A DNA stretch of 64,000 bases, taken from positions 132,494,001 to 132,558,000 of the forward strand of contig NC_043000.1 in the NCBI RefSeq assembly GCF_006345805.1, written 5' to 3'. Below, one piece after another: positions 29,758 to 42,906 of this stretch; the stretch's first letter is position 1, and every line of letters starts with the position of its first letter. The notes below the pieces were generated by a model. It was not told the DNA's origin. It saw only the letters and a program-made list of their open reading frames with translations, and ran no database searches. Made by a program: the position numbers and the translations under genes. Source of the stretch: Octopus sinensis (lineage: Eukaryota).

Positions 29758-29852
<95 letters not shown>

Positions 29853-29913
29853 GGTGGTGGTGGTAGTAGTAGTAGTAGTGGTAGTAGTAGTGGTAGTATT
29901 AGTAGTAGTGGTT

Positions 29914-29945
<32 letters not shown>

Positions 29946-29949
29946 GGTG

Positions 29950-30005
<56 letters not shown>

Positions 30006-30069
30006 GGTGGTGGTGGTGGTAGTAGTAGTAGTAGTGGTAGTAGTAGTGGTAGTAGTAGTAGTAGTGGTT

Positions 30070-30107
<38 letters not shown>

Positions 30108-30111
30108 GGTG

Positions 30112-30157
<46 letters not shown>

Positions 30158-30167
30158 CAGCAGCAGC

Positions 30168-30200
<33 letters not shown>

Positions 30201-30408
30201 TATGGTGGTGGTGGTGGTGGTGGTGGTGGTGGTGGTGGTGGTGGTGTCGTTGTAAGGTTTGCGAGCGTTAATAAGACAATCTGAATGAAACGAGGTTCAA
30301 AGAGAGGTGTGAGAGTAGAGGTTGGGGGTTCGAGGATGAGATAGGGTTCCCCCGATCCAATTTTTCTCTTCTTAAACCATCACCACCACCACCACCACAA
30401 CAACAACG

Positions 30409-30458
<50 letters not shown>

Positions 30459-31530
30459 AACGACGACGACGACGACCCAACCAACACCACCGCACCACCA
30501 TGGCCACAATAGCAACGCCACCACCACCAATACCACCACTACCACCACCACCACTACCACCACTACCACCACCACCACCATCACCACCACCACTACTACC
30601 ACCACCACCACCATCACCACCACCACCACTACCATCACTACTACTGCCACCGCCACAACAAAACTAGCAACAAAAATAACCGACACCACCATTACTACCG
30701 CCCAAACCACCACAACCACTTCCAGAAACAACAGTGACAACGAATTCAATAACAGCATCAAATATTGTTATCCGACTATTCAGGCACCGCCACCACCTGT
30801 ACCAATTCACCGCCGCATCTATCATCATAAGCACCACTCACCACCACCACTACCACCACCACCACACCACCACCACCACCACCACCACCACCGCCACCAC
30901 CACAACCACCACCACCACCACCACCACCACCACTACTACTTCTACTGCCATCATCTTCTCAGCTTTATACTACTAGTAGACATTAGTACCTGTGCAACCG
31001 CCCCACCGTTGTTTACTAATGCAATTACCAACATCATTACCGCCACAACCAAAACCTCCTCCACCATCACCACTACCACCACCACCACCACCACCATCAC
31101 CATCGCTACCATCAGAACTAATGTCCTGTCTCTACAATTATCACTTCAATGTCATCACCACAACAACCATAATGGCCATCCCCACCACCCTCATTACCAA
31201 CACCACCACCACAATCACCATAACGACCATCGCCACCACCACCGCCAAAACAACGACCACCTCCACCACCATCACCAGCACAACCACCACCACCACCACC
31301 ACCGCCACCACCGCCGCTGCCGCTTCCACCACTACCATCACTACATTACAATTAATACCATTTCTCTACAACGACCACTCCAATATCATCATTACTGCCA
31401 CCACTACCAAAAACAACAACAACAACAATCACCGCCATTTCCATAATCACCACTCCATCGTCATCACCACCTCCACCATCATCACTACCACCAACACAAC
31501 CACCACCGACACCTTACTACAACCACCATC
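29737..31530. repeat. (GGT/AGT)n array followed by (ACC/ACT/ACA)n arrays
   Basis: Directly visible; the two blocks are separated by a unique ~130-bp spacer at 30246-30375. Confidence 0.9.
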
Positions 31531-32211
31531 ATGATTGCCAACATCACCGCCACTTTGCAAAGCCTCACTGAGAAATACACTTCATCTTAGAAGTGTGTCA
31601 ACGATACCGGTGTGGGGTCTAATATAGTTACTTCCTTTTAGTGTTCCTTTGTCAGTCTGAAACTATTCTAGCCCTACTATTACCGCATGGTACTTGGTTG
31701 ACACGGATGAAACCTTATATACGTAGTACTTTTCGTTTTCTTTTTCTTTTCTTTTTAGATTTTTCTTCTTTCTTTTTTTTTCTTTGTTAATGTTTCCAGA
31801 AAAAGAAGAAGAAAAAAAAGAAAATAAATACAAATTTGTTCACCATGATCTTAAAATAATTGATTGCATTGAAACATAAGTCTTGAATTAAATCAGCGTA
31901 CATTGCCAGAAATATTACACAAGTTGGCCAAAGACATTATTCGCACCTACACGCCCAATCACACACGCACATTCACACGCACACACACGTATGTATTCGT
32001 ACGTGTGTGTATGTGTGTGCGCGCGCCTGTATGCACACATATATGGATAGTACACTCACAACATAATGAACAGATTATATTTCTCAAACACAATTTCCCA
32101 ATATACATGCGAGGGTTGTGCCAAAAGTAATGCAAATTGAACAACGTGTTTATTAACTGACTCAGCTCATTCAAATTACCCATACTGCTTAACGCAAATC
32201 ATCCTGTATAG

Positions 32212-32431
32212 CAGTGGTTTTCAACCAGGGTTCCGCGGAACCTTAGGGTTCCGCCAGTACAGGCCAGGGGTTCCGCAAGAAGTTACAAAACTGCTAAAAT
32301 CGGCAGTAATTTTTTAATTCTCCTGTGCAGATATGTGTGCATAAGACTATTAAATTATTGCACAGGGGTTCCTCGAGCCAGTGGAATGTTTCCTTGGGGT
32401 TCCGCTCCAGCAAAAAGTTTGAAAAGCACTG
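32212..32431. mobile_element. hAT MITE
   Basis: TIRs CAGTGGTTTTCAA / TTGAAAAGCACTG, exact 8-bp TSD CTGTATAG (32204-32211, 32432-32439) and subterminal GGTTCCGC repeats. Confidence 0.9.
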
Positions 32432-32568
32432 CTGTATAGTAACTCTTTTCCCATTTCTTCATTGCAGGCAAATATTGGGTTTTAAACAGGGACAAAGTAC
32501 TATCATTGAATTCTTCTCAAAGGAGAGATGCAGGCTGTCTCACATCCACAGAGATCTACAGGTTATTT

Positions 32569-32836
32569 ACTACATGTAAATAACCTGTAAATAGTAGCAA
32601 ACAACCTATTTACTACTATGTAAATAACCTACAGGTTTTACGGAGATGTACTTGCATAGCAAGTGATTTGATCTGAGATCGTCTGCTGGAACGAAAACAA
32701 TTGCAGCGTGGAAGGTGTTTGTAAGCCATTTAAGAAACACAAAAGCCGTTCGATTGACTTCAACATTTAAGTTTAATTTGTCAAAATTTTTTTCGTCGCT
32801 ATAAGACCGCCACCTGTTCACTGACAAAAATCCGTG
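32569..32836 (-). mobile_element. Short insertion with variant hammerhead-like motif (32777-32828), Penelope-like derivative
   Basis: 13-bp direct repeat CTACAGGTTATTT (32556-32568, 32837-32849) interrupting the mariner relic. Minus strand TTTGTCA-GTGAACA-G-GTGGC..GCGAC-GAAA..TTT-TGACAAA. Confidence 0.6.
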
Positions 32837-33279
32837 CTACAGGTTATTTTCAGAAATGTCACCATAATTAAGAGCAACAGATGTGCACAAAGAGATGAAA
32901 AAGTTTAAAGAAGGAGAATCCAGCATTCAAGAAGTGATTCGCGAGGTTAGACGAACCTGTGTGAAACAATGCATTACAGAAGATCCTGGAAGACTTTAGA
33001 TATCAAAAAGTGGGCATCTCAGTAGTTGGCACCCAATTTGAAAGAGAGAAGGATGGAATTATGCTTAAATTTGTTGGAAGCTTTTGAAGCAAATGAAGAC
33101 ATTTTCTTCCGATCTGGTGGCGGAGTTGAAATGTCGCCATATCTTTATGACCTGAAAACAAAGGTTCAACCCATGGAGTGATATCACACCTCTTCTCCAA
33201 GCCCGAAAAGGTTAAGAGCCAGTTATTAGTATAGAAAGTCATGGTAACTGTTCTTGCGTGTGTGTGTGTGTGTGTGTGT

Positions 33280-33310
<31 letters not shown>

Positions 33311-33446
33311 TGTGTGTGTGTGTGTGTGGAGAGTGATGACTAAAGCGTTATTCTCCAGAGCTTTCTTGAACGGGGCTGTGCTGTGAACATTTAGCAATAT
33401 ACTGAGATGCGCAAAAGGCTTAGTAATGCTGTTAGGTGGAAGAGAC

Positions 33447-33634
33447 TGTTGTGTGGACGCCCCCACACGATGAAGTAGACTAACCCAATACGTAGATATA
33501 GAGGGAGAAGTCTAGACGTCGTCAGAGTTGCGGAGAGAACAGAGTTGAGTAGAAGTCGATCAGACTAGAATAGAGTAGGAGCAGAGTTGAGTAGAAGGCA
33601 TCTGAACGTGCGACATAACAGTGGCGACGAGGAT
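33447..33634 (+). mobile_element. Short LTR plus tRNA-Ser primer-binding site (LTR retrotransposon 5' remnant)
   Basis: TGTTGTG...CATAACA inverted termini (33447-33620), followed after 1 nt by TGGCGACGAGGAT, complementary to the 3' end of tRNA-Ser(GCU). Confidence 0.6.
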
Positions 33635-34599
33635 TTCGTAGAACACTCAGCCACTGTGTAGTATTGCGATATAACAGAGACAGAACAAGAATTTCCTTCC
33701 ATTCACCATGACAACGAAAGGCAACACTCATTTTTGGCAACACATCAGTCAATTAGAAAAATAGTTTGGTCAGTGCTCTCCCACCCACCATAGAGTCCCC
33801 ATCTGGTGCCTTCCGAATTTCAATTGTTCGGTCCAATGAAGGACAGTTTTCGGAATCAAAGATTTGATATCACAGATAAGGTAAAAATATCTGAATTTTT
33901 TTTCGAAGAGGATTCAAAAGTTGCGTTCAATAATATCATAAATGCATGATTTATGAGACAGATTATGCTGAGTAATAGAGGAAGAACTACTCTACTACAG
34001 TAATAGAGGAAGAGCTACTCTACTACAGTATATGTATATGTGTGTGTATGAAATATTCATTCATTAAAACTGAAATAATAATGCGAATACTTGTTTTGGT
34101 TTTTGTTATTTGCGTTTATTGTTAGTGCTTAAGAATGTCACTAATATCACAACCAAAAAATGAGCTACATGTGTCACCTTCCACCACTACATATCTCTCA
34201 TCATTCCAACCACAACTAACCATCACCATCACCAGCAAACAGCAAAAAAGAGCCTCTGCATCGTCACCCGATCTACTAAAAATAGCAAATCAGGCCCTTC
34301 CTTATTGAAATTGGATTATGTAGTGCTACAGTTTGGTCATGATTGATAGGTTTTGATCATAGATTCTTTCGTAGAACTAAGGCTGAGCTGAAACCTAAAA
34401 GCAACATCCTCAACACACACCATTGCCATTAACCCTTTTAAAATCATGATTAGCAGCGATTACGATATTCACGTGATTTTAGTGTAAATCATTTAAATTT
34501 TTCATTTTTCTAATAATGTCTTTAGTTACCAGCTCTACAGTCAATAACAATAGTACCCTTCAACATGATCCAGCATGTTGACCTCACAGAAGTTTTTGT

Positions 34600-34990
34600 C
34601 GAGCCGATAGAAACGTTAGCACGCCGGGCGAAATGCTTAGCGGTATTTCGTCTGTCTTTACGTCTGAGTTCAAATTCCACCGAGGTCGACTTTGCCTTTC
34701 ATCCTTTCAGGGTCGATAAATTAAGTACCAGTTGTGTACTGGGGGTCGATATAATCGACTTAATCCGTTTGTCTGTCCTTGTTTGTCCCTTCTGTGTTTA
34801 TCCCCTTGTGAATAGTAGAGAAATAGGTATTTCGTCTGTCTTTACGTTCTGAGTTCAAATTCCACCGAGGTCGACTTTGCCTTTCATCCTTTCAGGGTCG
34901 ATAAATTAAGTACCAGTTGTGTACTGGAGTCGATCTAATCGACAGGTCCCATCCCCTAAAATTTCGGGTCTTGTGCCTAGAATAGAAAAG
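34600..34990 (+). mobile_element. Family-B SINE, two tandem partial units
   Basis: GAGTTCAAATTCCACCGAGGTCGACTTTGCCTTTCATCC repeated at ~34666 and ~34851. Confidence 0.8.
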
Positions 34991-35457
34991 ATTATGCGAA
35001 TGTCACCATTGGTCAGTCGATGACTCTTTCGCCGAGACTACGCATATGTGGTTTCACTTGTAACGATATGTCGGGTGCCTGACAAGAGCTATACCCTGTT
35101 ACACCTCGTATTTGGTTGAGGACAGCTAATTTCCATATTTACAGCTAACATCTATATTTGGAACCCGTTCCCTATCTACCATCCAGGGGTTCCCCAAGTA
35201 GGAGTAGGAGTTATCTTATCTTGCGATCCAAACAAATTTGACGAAATGAGGATTGTAATAATGATAAAGATCATCATTAATGGAAACGTTTACCGCCCCA
35301 ATTTCAGGTTCAAACACACTTACAAGTCACCACTGGTAACCACATGAGTAGTAGCAACTGAATCTCCCTCAAATCACGCTCTACTATCATAAGAAAGGAC
35401 ACTTTGGACAACATAGCTCTAGATATACAAAAGACAGAATGCACGTTTTGAGTATGA

Positions 35458-35772
35458 AGGCACATAGCTCAGTAGTTAGAGCGTCGGGCTCACAATCGTG
35501 AGGTAGTGAGTTCAATTCCCGGAACGGGCTGTGTGCTCTTGAGCAAGACATTTTATTTCATGTTGCTCCTGTTCACTCAGATGTAGAAGTGAGTCGCGAC
35601 GTCACTGGTGCCAAGCTGTATCGGCGTTTGGCGTCGAGAGGGGAGGCTGGCATGCATGGGCGACTGCTGGTCTTCCATAAACAACCTTACCCGGACTCGT
35701 GCCTCGGAGGGGAACTTTCTATGTGCAATCCCATGGTCAGTCATGTCCGAAGGAGGTCTTTACTCCTTTACA
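35458..35772 (+). mobile_element. tRNA-derived SINE family E
   Basis: TAGCTCAGTAGTTAGAGC (A box)...GAGTTCAATTCC (B box) and core CTTGAGCAAGACA. TTTGAGTAT flanks both ends. Confidence 0.75.
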
Positions 35773-35937
35773 CTTTGAGTATAGGTCTGCACAACCAGGG
35801 TTGACCCGGGTCAAGACAGCAATAACGACAGTATCAATGATAAACATGATACCATAAGCAGTAACACGTACGTGGTACCACATAGATACACACATAAAAG
35901 GCACCATATATAGCTACGTACCAGGCTTTCTATATAT

Positions 35938-36170
35938 ATTTCTTTACTACCCACAAGGGGTTAAACACAGAGGGGACAAAAACAAGGACAGACAAACGGA
36001 TTAAGTCGATTATATCGACTCCAGTGCGTAACTGGTACTTAATTTATCGACCCCGAAAGGATGAAAGGCAAAGTCGACCTCGGCGGAATTTGAACCCAGA
36101 ACGTAACGGCAGACGAAATACGGCTACGCATTTCGCCCGGCGTGCTAACGTTTCTGCCAGCTCACCGCCT
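35938..36170 (-). mobile_element. Family-B SINE, full length
   Basis: Near-identical to 41533-41766 and 1727-1960. Confidence 0.88.
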
Positions 36171-37121
36171 TTCTATATAGCTCACACCATATACAATATA
36201 TACAATCATATGCAATCCACATGCACCGCATTCAGAAACGATTACAAAGCATCCCATAGTGTTACATGAAGCTTCATACAGAAAAAACATGTAGCTACGC
36301 TTAAAGACATCACATACAGGGCGCCATCTTCAGTCATGCTACATAGAAAGCGTTTAATACAAAAGCATGCTAAGCACTACATTCAGCTATATACATCCAC
36401 ATCACACTCTTGATTTGATCATTATATAGATAATATGTAGATATTGATCCGCAGATAATACATAGGATAATACACGCATAAATCCACAGATTTTATTGAT
36501 GAAGGAGAGGAAGATTAACAACAACAAAAAAAGAAAAAGAAAGAAAATAAGAGAAATGATGAAAACGAAATGGAGGAGAGAAAAGAAGGAACAATGAAAG
36601 AAATGGAGAGAGAAAGAGGGAGAGAGAGAGGTCGGAGAGAACACAGAGAGAGAAACTGGAAAGCAAATAAGTAGAAAGGAGTAGCGGAAACAGTGGAAGA
36701 GAAAGATCGATGGAGAAAATCTCTAGAAAGAGAGATGATAAGGGAGAGCAGAAAAAGAAATCAAACCAAAGAAATAGGCATGAAAAACTATAGGATAAGG
36801 AGACGAGAAAGATAAGTTCGAGGGAGGAAAGGGGAAATATAAGATAGTGAAACACACACACACACACACACGTGTGTGTTTGTGTGTGTATGTATATGTA
36901 TATATACGTATATATATATGTATATGTATATATATATAGATATATAGACATATCCATATACATATACATATATATGTGTATATATGTGTGTATATATATA
37001 TATACACGCATATATACACACATATATGTATATATAAGTATATATATATATATTATATATGTATATTATATATATGTATATGTATATATATACATATATA
37101 TGTATATATATATACATATAG

Positions 37122-37155
<34 letters not shown>

Positions 37156-37731
37156 ACGTATATATATACACGTATGCATGTATATATGTATATACATGTA
37201 TATATGTGAATATATATATATTATATACATATAATATATATATATATGTATGTGTGTGTGTATATATGTATGTACATATGTGTGTGTGTATAGTATGTAT
37301 ATACACACACATACACACGTTCACACATATGCAAGGAAGAAAGAAGAGTAAGGGAGAGAGTGAGAGAGGGAGAGAGATGTATGTGCGATTGGACAAGTAG
37401 AGAGAGAAAGGCAACCGATTAAGAAGTAAAAGAAAGAAAGCATGAGAGAGATGTAAAGGACAAAACGGCAATGAAAGATGAGAAGAAAAAGGAGACGACA
37501 TAGAAAATTCAAAATATACAAAGAAAACGAAAGATATTCAGAGAAGACACTATCAGGATGCAGGGCAATACCCGCATACATACATAGTTGCGCATGTTGG
37601 CACCCACCCCATACACATACACACACGCAACACACATGTATGCGTACCCATCCAGTACAATGGATACAAAAACTCTGAGTCACGAAGTATTATCATATAT
37701 TTATAATACACACATACACACACATAAACTC

Positions 37732-37780
<49 letters not shown>

Positions 37781-37784
<4 letters not shown>

Positions 37785-37991
37785 CGGGAAGCTTTATGAA
37801 AATAGACAAAAGACGAAGGCGGTGGAAAACAAACAAACAATTGTATTAGTATGGCGCTCAGGAAATATAAATAAAACAGTCTTTAACGTTTCGAGCCTAC
37901 GCTCTTCACAGAAAGATACACAGAGAGAAAAAAAACACAGAAAGAAGGAGAGAAAAAAAATGCGTGCAGTAACTAACGATCAACATGGCGA
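37781..37991 (-). mobile_element. Family D element with hammerhead-like motif (37880-37916), inserted in (TA)n
   Basis: Near-identical to 63641-63852. Core CTGT-GA has a 1-nt deletion. (TA)n on both sides. Confidence 0.75.
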
Positions 37992-38001
37992 TATATATAT
38001 T

Positions 38002-38035
<34 letters not shown>

Positions 38036-38079
38036 CATATATGTATATGCATATATATATGTATGTGTAAGTGTGTGTG

Positions 38080-38270
38080 TATGTATTTGTCCCCCCAACA
38101 TCGCTTGACTACCGATGCTGGTGTGTTTACGTCCTCGTAGCTTAGCGGTTCGACATAAGAGACGATAGTATAAATACGAGGCAACAAAGAAGTCCTACGG
38201 TCGATTTGCTCGACTAAACGCGTTGTCCTAGCATGGCTGTCAGTCAAATGACTGAAACAAGTAAAAGAAT
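38080..38270 (+). mobile_element. 3' half of SINE family C (diverged)
   Basis: ACCGATGCTGGTGTGTTTACGTCC...CAAATGACTGAAACAAGTAAAAG. Confidence 0.7.
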
Positions 38271-38967
38271 AAAATAGAGTAAAAAATGTATATATCTATA
38301 TATATATATATATATATTATATAAAAGGGCTAGTAAATAATTACTTTGGCCGCATACTGAACTCATTAGAAATAGCAGCTAAAAAACTTTTTTAAAGCTA
38401 TTTCTAATACTAAAGAAATCTCTCTCTATATATGTGTTTGCTTAATTATTTTACTAAGCCCTTTTATATAATGATAATTTAATCGCCTTGAATGGTCCCT
38501 TTTGCATACTGAACACTGGTGAATTGATTAATATTAATTAATTTTGCCCTCAAGTTGAAATTATATTCTATATATATATTAGAAGAAATGAGGTACTCAG
38601 AATTTCGGATGGTTTTAATTTTTACAGATATTTATTTGTATATTACATGTTTTTATACATCATATAACTTAGATCATATATTTGCGCTTTCTCCCATTCT
38701 AGTGGGGTTTTCAAATCAATCTAAGTTCCTGTGTGAAAAGTTTTGACCATTTTATAGTGTTATTGAGTTTGTAGTGGTGGGGAGGAATATAAGACAGCAC
38801 AAGAGGATGATGATATATATATATATGTATGTATATATATATATACACACGCACACACACATATATATAATGTATTTATGTATGTATATGTGTATGTGTA
38901 GGTGTGTGCATTTATGTATGTATTATGTATGTACCTATCTATCTCTCTCTCTCTATCTATCTCTATG

Positions 38968-38998
<31 letters not shown>

Positions 38999-39047
38999 TA
39001 TAATATATACATATACTGCATACATATATATATATATATATATATAC

Positions 39048-39090
<43 letters not shown>

Positions 39091-39506
39091 TATCAGATGA
39101 CGATAACTATAATATTTTGGCCATATTTTCAGTTCTCAGAGCCTCTATACCGACACCCTCGAGGACTTGGTGAAGAGAAAACGGGCTCTCAGAAGACAAA
39201 GACGAAAATGAATTGATGACATTAAGAACTAGACGTGGAGGAATCTGGTGAAATATACATCAGCACGAGACCGCACTTGTTTCAACAACAGGATTCAAAA
39301 AACTAAGATGTGCGATTCAAGCAGCCTCAGTTTCTAAAAAGGGATGCATACTCTATTTCAAGTATCGAGTACTTTCTCTCCCCACTCGAGATTATAAACA
39401 TAAATGTCCGCCATAAGAGGAAAAGTAAGATAACTAACTAATGAGACAGATAGATAGATACATAGAAAGGGAGAGGGAGAGAGAGAGAGGGGGAGAGAAC
39501 GAAAGA

Positions 39507-39606
39507 NNNNNNNNNNNNNNNNNNNNNNNNNNNNNNNNNNNNNNNNNNNNNNNNNNNNNNNNNNNNNNNNNNNNNNNNNNNNNNNNNNNNNNNNNNNNNN
39601 NNNNNN
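39507..39606. other. Assembly gap (100 N)
   Basis: Run of N. Confidence 0.99.
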
Positions 39607-40620
39607 AGAAGAAGAAGAAGAAGAAGAAGAAGACAACAACAACAACAACAACAACAACAGTAACTCACACAATCAAACTGCCTAAACAATAAAGAAATAA
39701 AACACAAATACGTACATACATACATACATACATACATACATACATCATACATACATACATACATACATACATACATACATACACGCATGCATACATCAGT
39801 ATACATTAATGTATGCAATCCGTTGATGGTCAACGATGATCATTCATATAAAATGTTCAAAGTCATATCAGGAGTATTAGAAATGCCTCGCTCCCCTCCA
39901 ACTGTGTCTGACCTCAGCTGTTATGGTCTAACTGCAGGTACCAATGACTTATGCCCCTCAACTTACAGTTCGGTATATGACAGTTGGAAGCCTACTTTTA
40001 TTTCTCGAACCACAAGACAACTTATGTGTCTTGCCAAGTGAGTTTCCGACATTCTTTAGTCGTACGAAAACTAGCGAAGATTTTGTTGCACCGCTATTTC
40101 TTGGTTTTATTTAGGATGATATTCCTGACTATCTTTCCGTTTGATTTTAATGGTCTCAGGTGTCGTCTCAACACGAATGCATACAAGCAGTGCTTTTTTG
40201 TTACCGGTTTACAGTATGTCATCTACGCATCCGTTTCATAAAATAGGGTGGCCAATACTGTTGCTCAGTATAATTTGCTCATCACTTTGTCAGCACAGTT
40301 GCTCTCTTATTACTGTGTCTTTCATATAGGTAACGTGCTTCATCTCTACAACTTCTTGCCTTTAGATTATGATGGACTCAGATTGTGCAATATAGCTTGA
40401 ATTAGGATTTCGTTTGATAAAGGACTTCCATTTTCTCGATAAAATGTTTTAAAATCAAACGTCGTGGCTTTCAGCCTCAATGCCATCTCCCTTATGTTGG
40501 TTTTGGCTATCAAGCACAGCTTTATCTGTGTCATACACTACGTCTTTCAATTATTCTGCTTGGTTTCTGTTGCATTTCTCTGAGATACCTTTTCTAAAAT
40601 GGCCCGTTCCCTTTTGGAAT

Positions 40621-41013
40621 TATTACCTCCGCTAAGGAAGGAGGTTATGTTTTCATCGGCGTTGGTTTGTCCGTCTATCTCTCTGTCTGTCTCTGTGCAG
40701 AATATCTCAAAAAGTTGTGAACGCTTTTTGATGAAACTTGCAGACAGACAAAGTTGGTAATGATACAAGAAACAGATGATGAAATTTTGGTAGTGATCCG
40801 GGAATTTTAAGGATTCTTGAAAGATTTTTCATTTGTTATATCTACTTTACATGAAGTATTGAAATGTCACGTTCTTTGATTACCTCCCTTGAAAACACGT
40901 TCATCGTTTCCACGTAACCTATGATGGCGTTGCTGTTCCAATTTATTTTAGTTTCTCTGTTAGTAATTTTACTACTTGGCGGAGGTCTGCGCTCTCCGAG
41001 TGCTTTTCTAGTT
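40621..41013 (+). mobile_element. Helentron-associated non-autonomous element (HINE/DINE-1-like)
   Basis: Subterminal inverted repeats ACCTCCGCTAAG (40625) / CTTGGCGGAGGT (40975), internal GTCT-type microsatellite, 3' hairpin GCGCTCtccGAGTGC and T-rich ends. Confidence 0.7.
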
Positions 41014-41279
41014 GCGAAAGCGATCTTCGATCGAAGCATTTTGCTATCTGTGCTACACTTTTCGTCCTCTTAAAATTCTTATAATGTGTACATCAACCAT
41101 TGCCCTGTTGCCTCCTTGGCCTCCGAGATGCCAGTACTTCAATCGCAGATATATCCAGGTCAATTCCCACAGTGTAACGTATCTCTTTACTTTTGAGGCT
41201 AATCTGGATGGGTTTCTTCGCCGACAATGCACATGTCGCACTGACTTACAAGGTTACATACATACATACATAGATACAT

Positions 41280-41530
41280 ACAAGATGGCCGTCCACTCGT
41301 AACCGAGGAAGACCATTGCTGGCCTTTAGGAACATTGTGCGCTCTAGGACTTACTTATATTTTGCATTTCCGTTGGTGGCTAAAGAGCCCTGCTCTTGAC
41401 AAGCATACACGACTGCAAACATTGCAAACCAAACCTTCCCCATCCACTACGATAGCAGTCGCTTTCGAGCAGCACGCTTAAATTCTTCATGAAGAATACA
41501 TGCTCTTTCAAAGGTGCCGACTCCCGCTTA
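41280..41530 (-). pseudogene. RTE-clade LINE extreme 3' fragment
   Basis: Minus strand VCNVCSRVCLSRAGLFSHQRKC, a typical RTE C-terminal motif, followed by a short UTR and a (TATG)n tail. Confidence 0.6.
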
Positions 41531-41532
41531 AC

Positions 41533-41766
41533 CTATTTCTTTACTACCCACAAGGGGCTAAACATAGAAGGGACAAACAAGGACAGACATAGGTATTAAG
41601 TCGATTACATCGACCCCAGTGTATAACTTGTGCTTATTTAATCGACCCCGAAAGGATGAAAGGCAAAGTCGACCTCGGCGGAATTTGAACTCAGAACGTA
41701 ACGGCAGACGAAATACGCTACGCATTTCGCCCGGTGTGCTAACGTTTCTGCCAGCTTGCCGCCTTT
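41533..41766 (-). mobile_element. Family-B SINE, full length
   Basis: As for the other family-B copies. Confidence 0.88.
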
Positions 41767-42189
41767 TATGCTTCCTCCATACATACATACATGCATGCAT
41801 GCATACAACATACATACATACATACATACATACATACATACATACATGCATGCATACATACATACATACATACATACATACATACATACATACATACATA
41901 CATACATACATACATACATACATACATGCCGTTAAATACCACGCATTAAACATAGATATCAGATTCAGTTTATTTTAGAAAATTTTAGAAAAAGCAAGAC
42001 GTAGAACAAAATAGTCATAACATCAATCTCCTGAGATATTAACTCCATAGAATCCCGAAGACTTCTGCTCATGCTAGGAGAGTCATTAAAACATCGGTAA
42101 TTGTTCCGGATTTCTGCGTTTCAAGTTCAAATTCCATCGAGTTCATTTTTCCATTATATTCTTTAAGCCTGAATAAATAAAATATCTGT

Positions 42190-42600
42190 ACTCTTTTTAC
42201 TCTTTTACTCTTTTACTTGTTTCGGTCATTTGACTGTGGCCATGCTGGAGCACCGCCTTTAATCGAGCAACTCGACCTCGGGACTTATTCTTTTTTGTAA
42301 GAATAAGTACTTATTCTATCGGTCTCTTTTGCCGAACCGCTAAGTAACGGGGACATAAACACACCAGCATCGGTTGTCAAGCAATGCTAGGGGGACAAAC
42401 ACAGACACACAAACACACACACGCATACATATTTATACATATATACGACGGGCTTCTTTCAGTTTCCGTCTACCAAATCACAAGGCTTTGGTCGGCTCGA
42501 GGTTATAGTAGAAGACACTTGCCCAAGGTGCCACGCAGTGGGACTGAACCCGGAACCATGTGGTTGGTAAACAAGCTACTTACCACACAGCCACTCCTGC
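42190..42600 (-). mobile_element. SINE family C, full length
   Basis: Homologous to 23510-23910, with a (GTAAAAGA)n tail. Confidence 0.88.
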
Positions 42601-42869
42601 ACTGTACTGAAGCTGATTTTTTTCCCCTAAATTTTCGTTGTCTGTCTTTTCCTCTTCTTGCAAAAGAAATCAACTGTCGTCAAACCTGCAATAGAATCGA
42701 CTCCGCCAGATCTAAAATGCCCCAAACAAGCCGTATCTCACAGTGGGGTGTCCCTACGATTCCATCGGGATGTTAAGGGCATAGCATATGTTGAGCATGG
42801 TCTTACATTCCACTATACTTTCCTTCTTTTTTCTTTTTCGTTCTTTTTCTTCCACTCTCACATTGTTTC

Positions 42870-42906
<37 letters not shown>

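Larger units (their letters stand above)
32107..33975 (+). mobile_element. Old mariner relic carrying nested insertions
   Basis: TIR-like CGAGGGTTGTGCCAAAAGTAATGC. Fragments HIHRDLQVIF (N-terminal HTH) and HPP*SPHLVPSEFQLFGPMK (YSPDLAPSD motif) at ~33782-33840. Confidence 0.7.

Noticed and set aside
27567-31534. Long YIHT/MYVC and Gly/Ser/Thr-rich ORFs
   Set aside because: Artefacts of (CATA)n and (GGT/AGT/ACC)n repeats.
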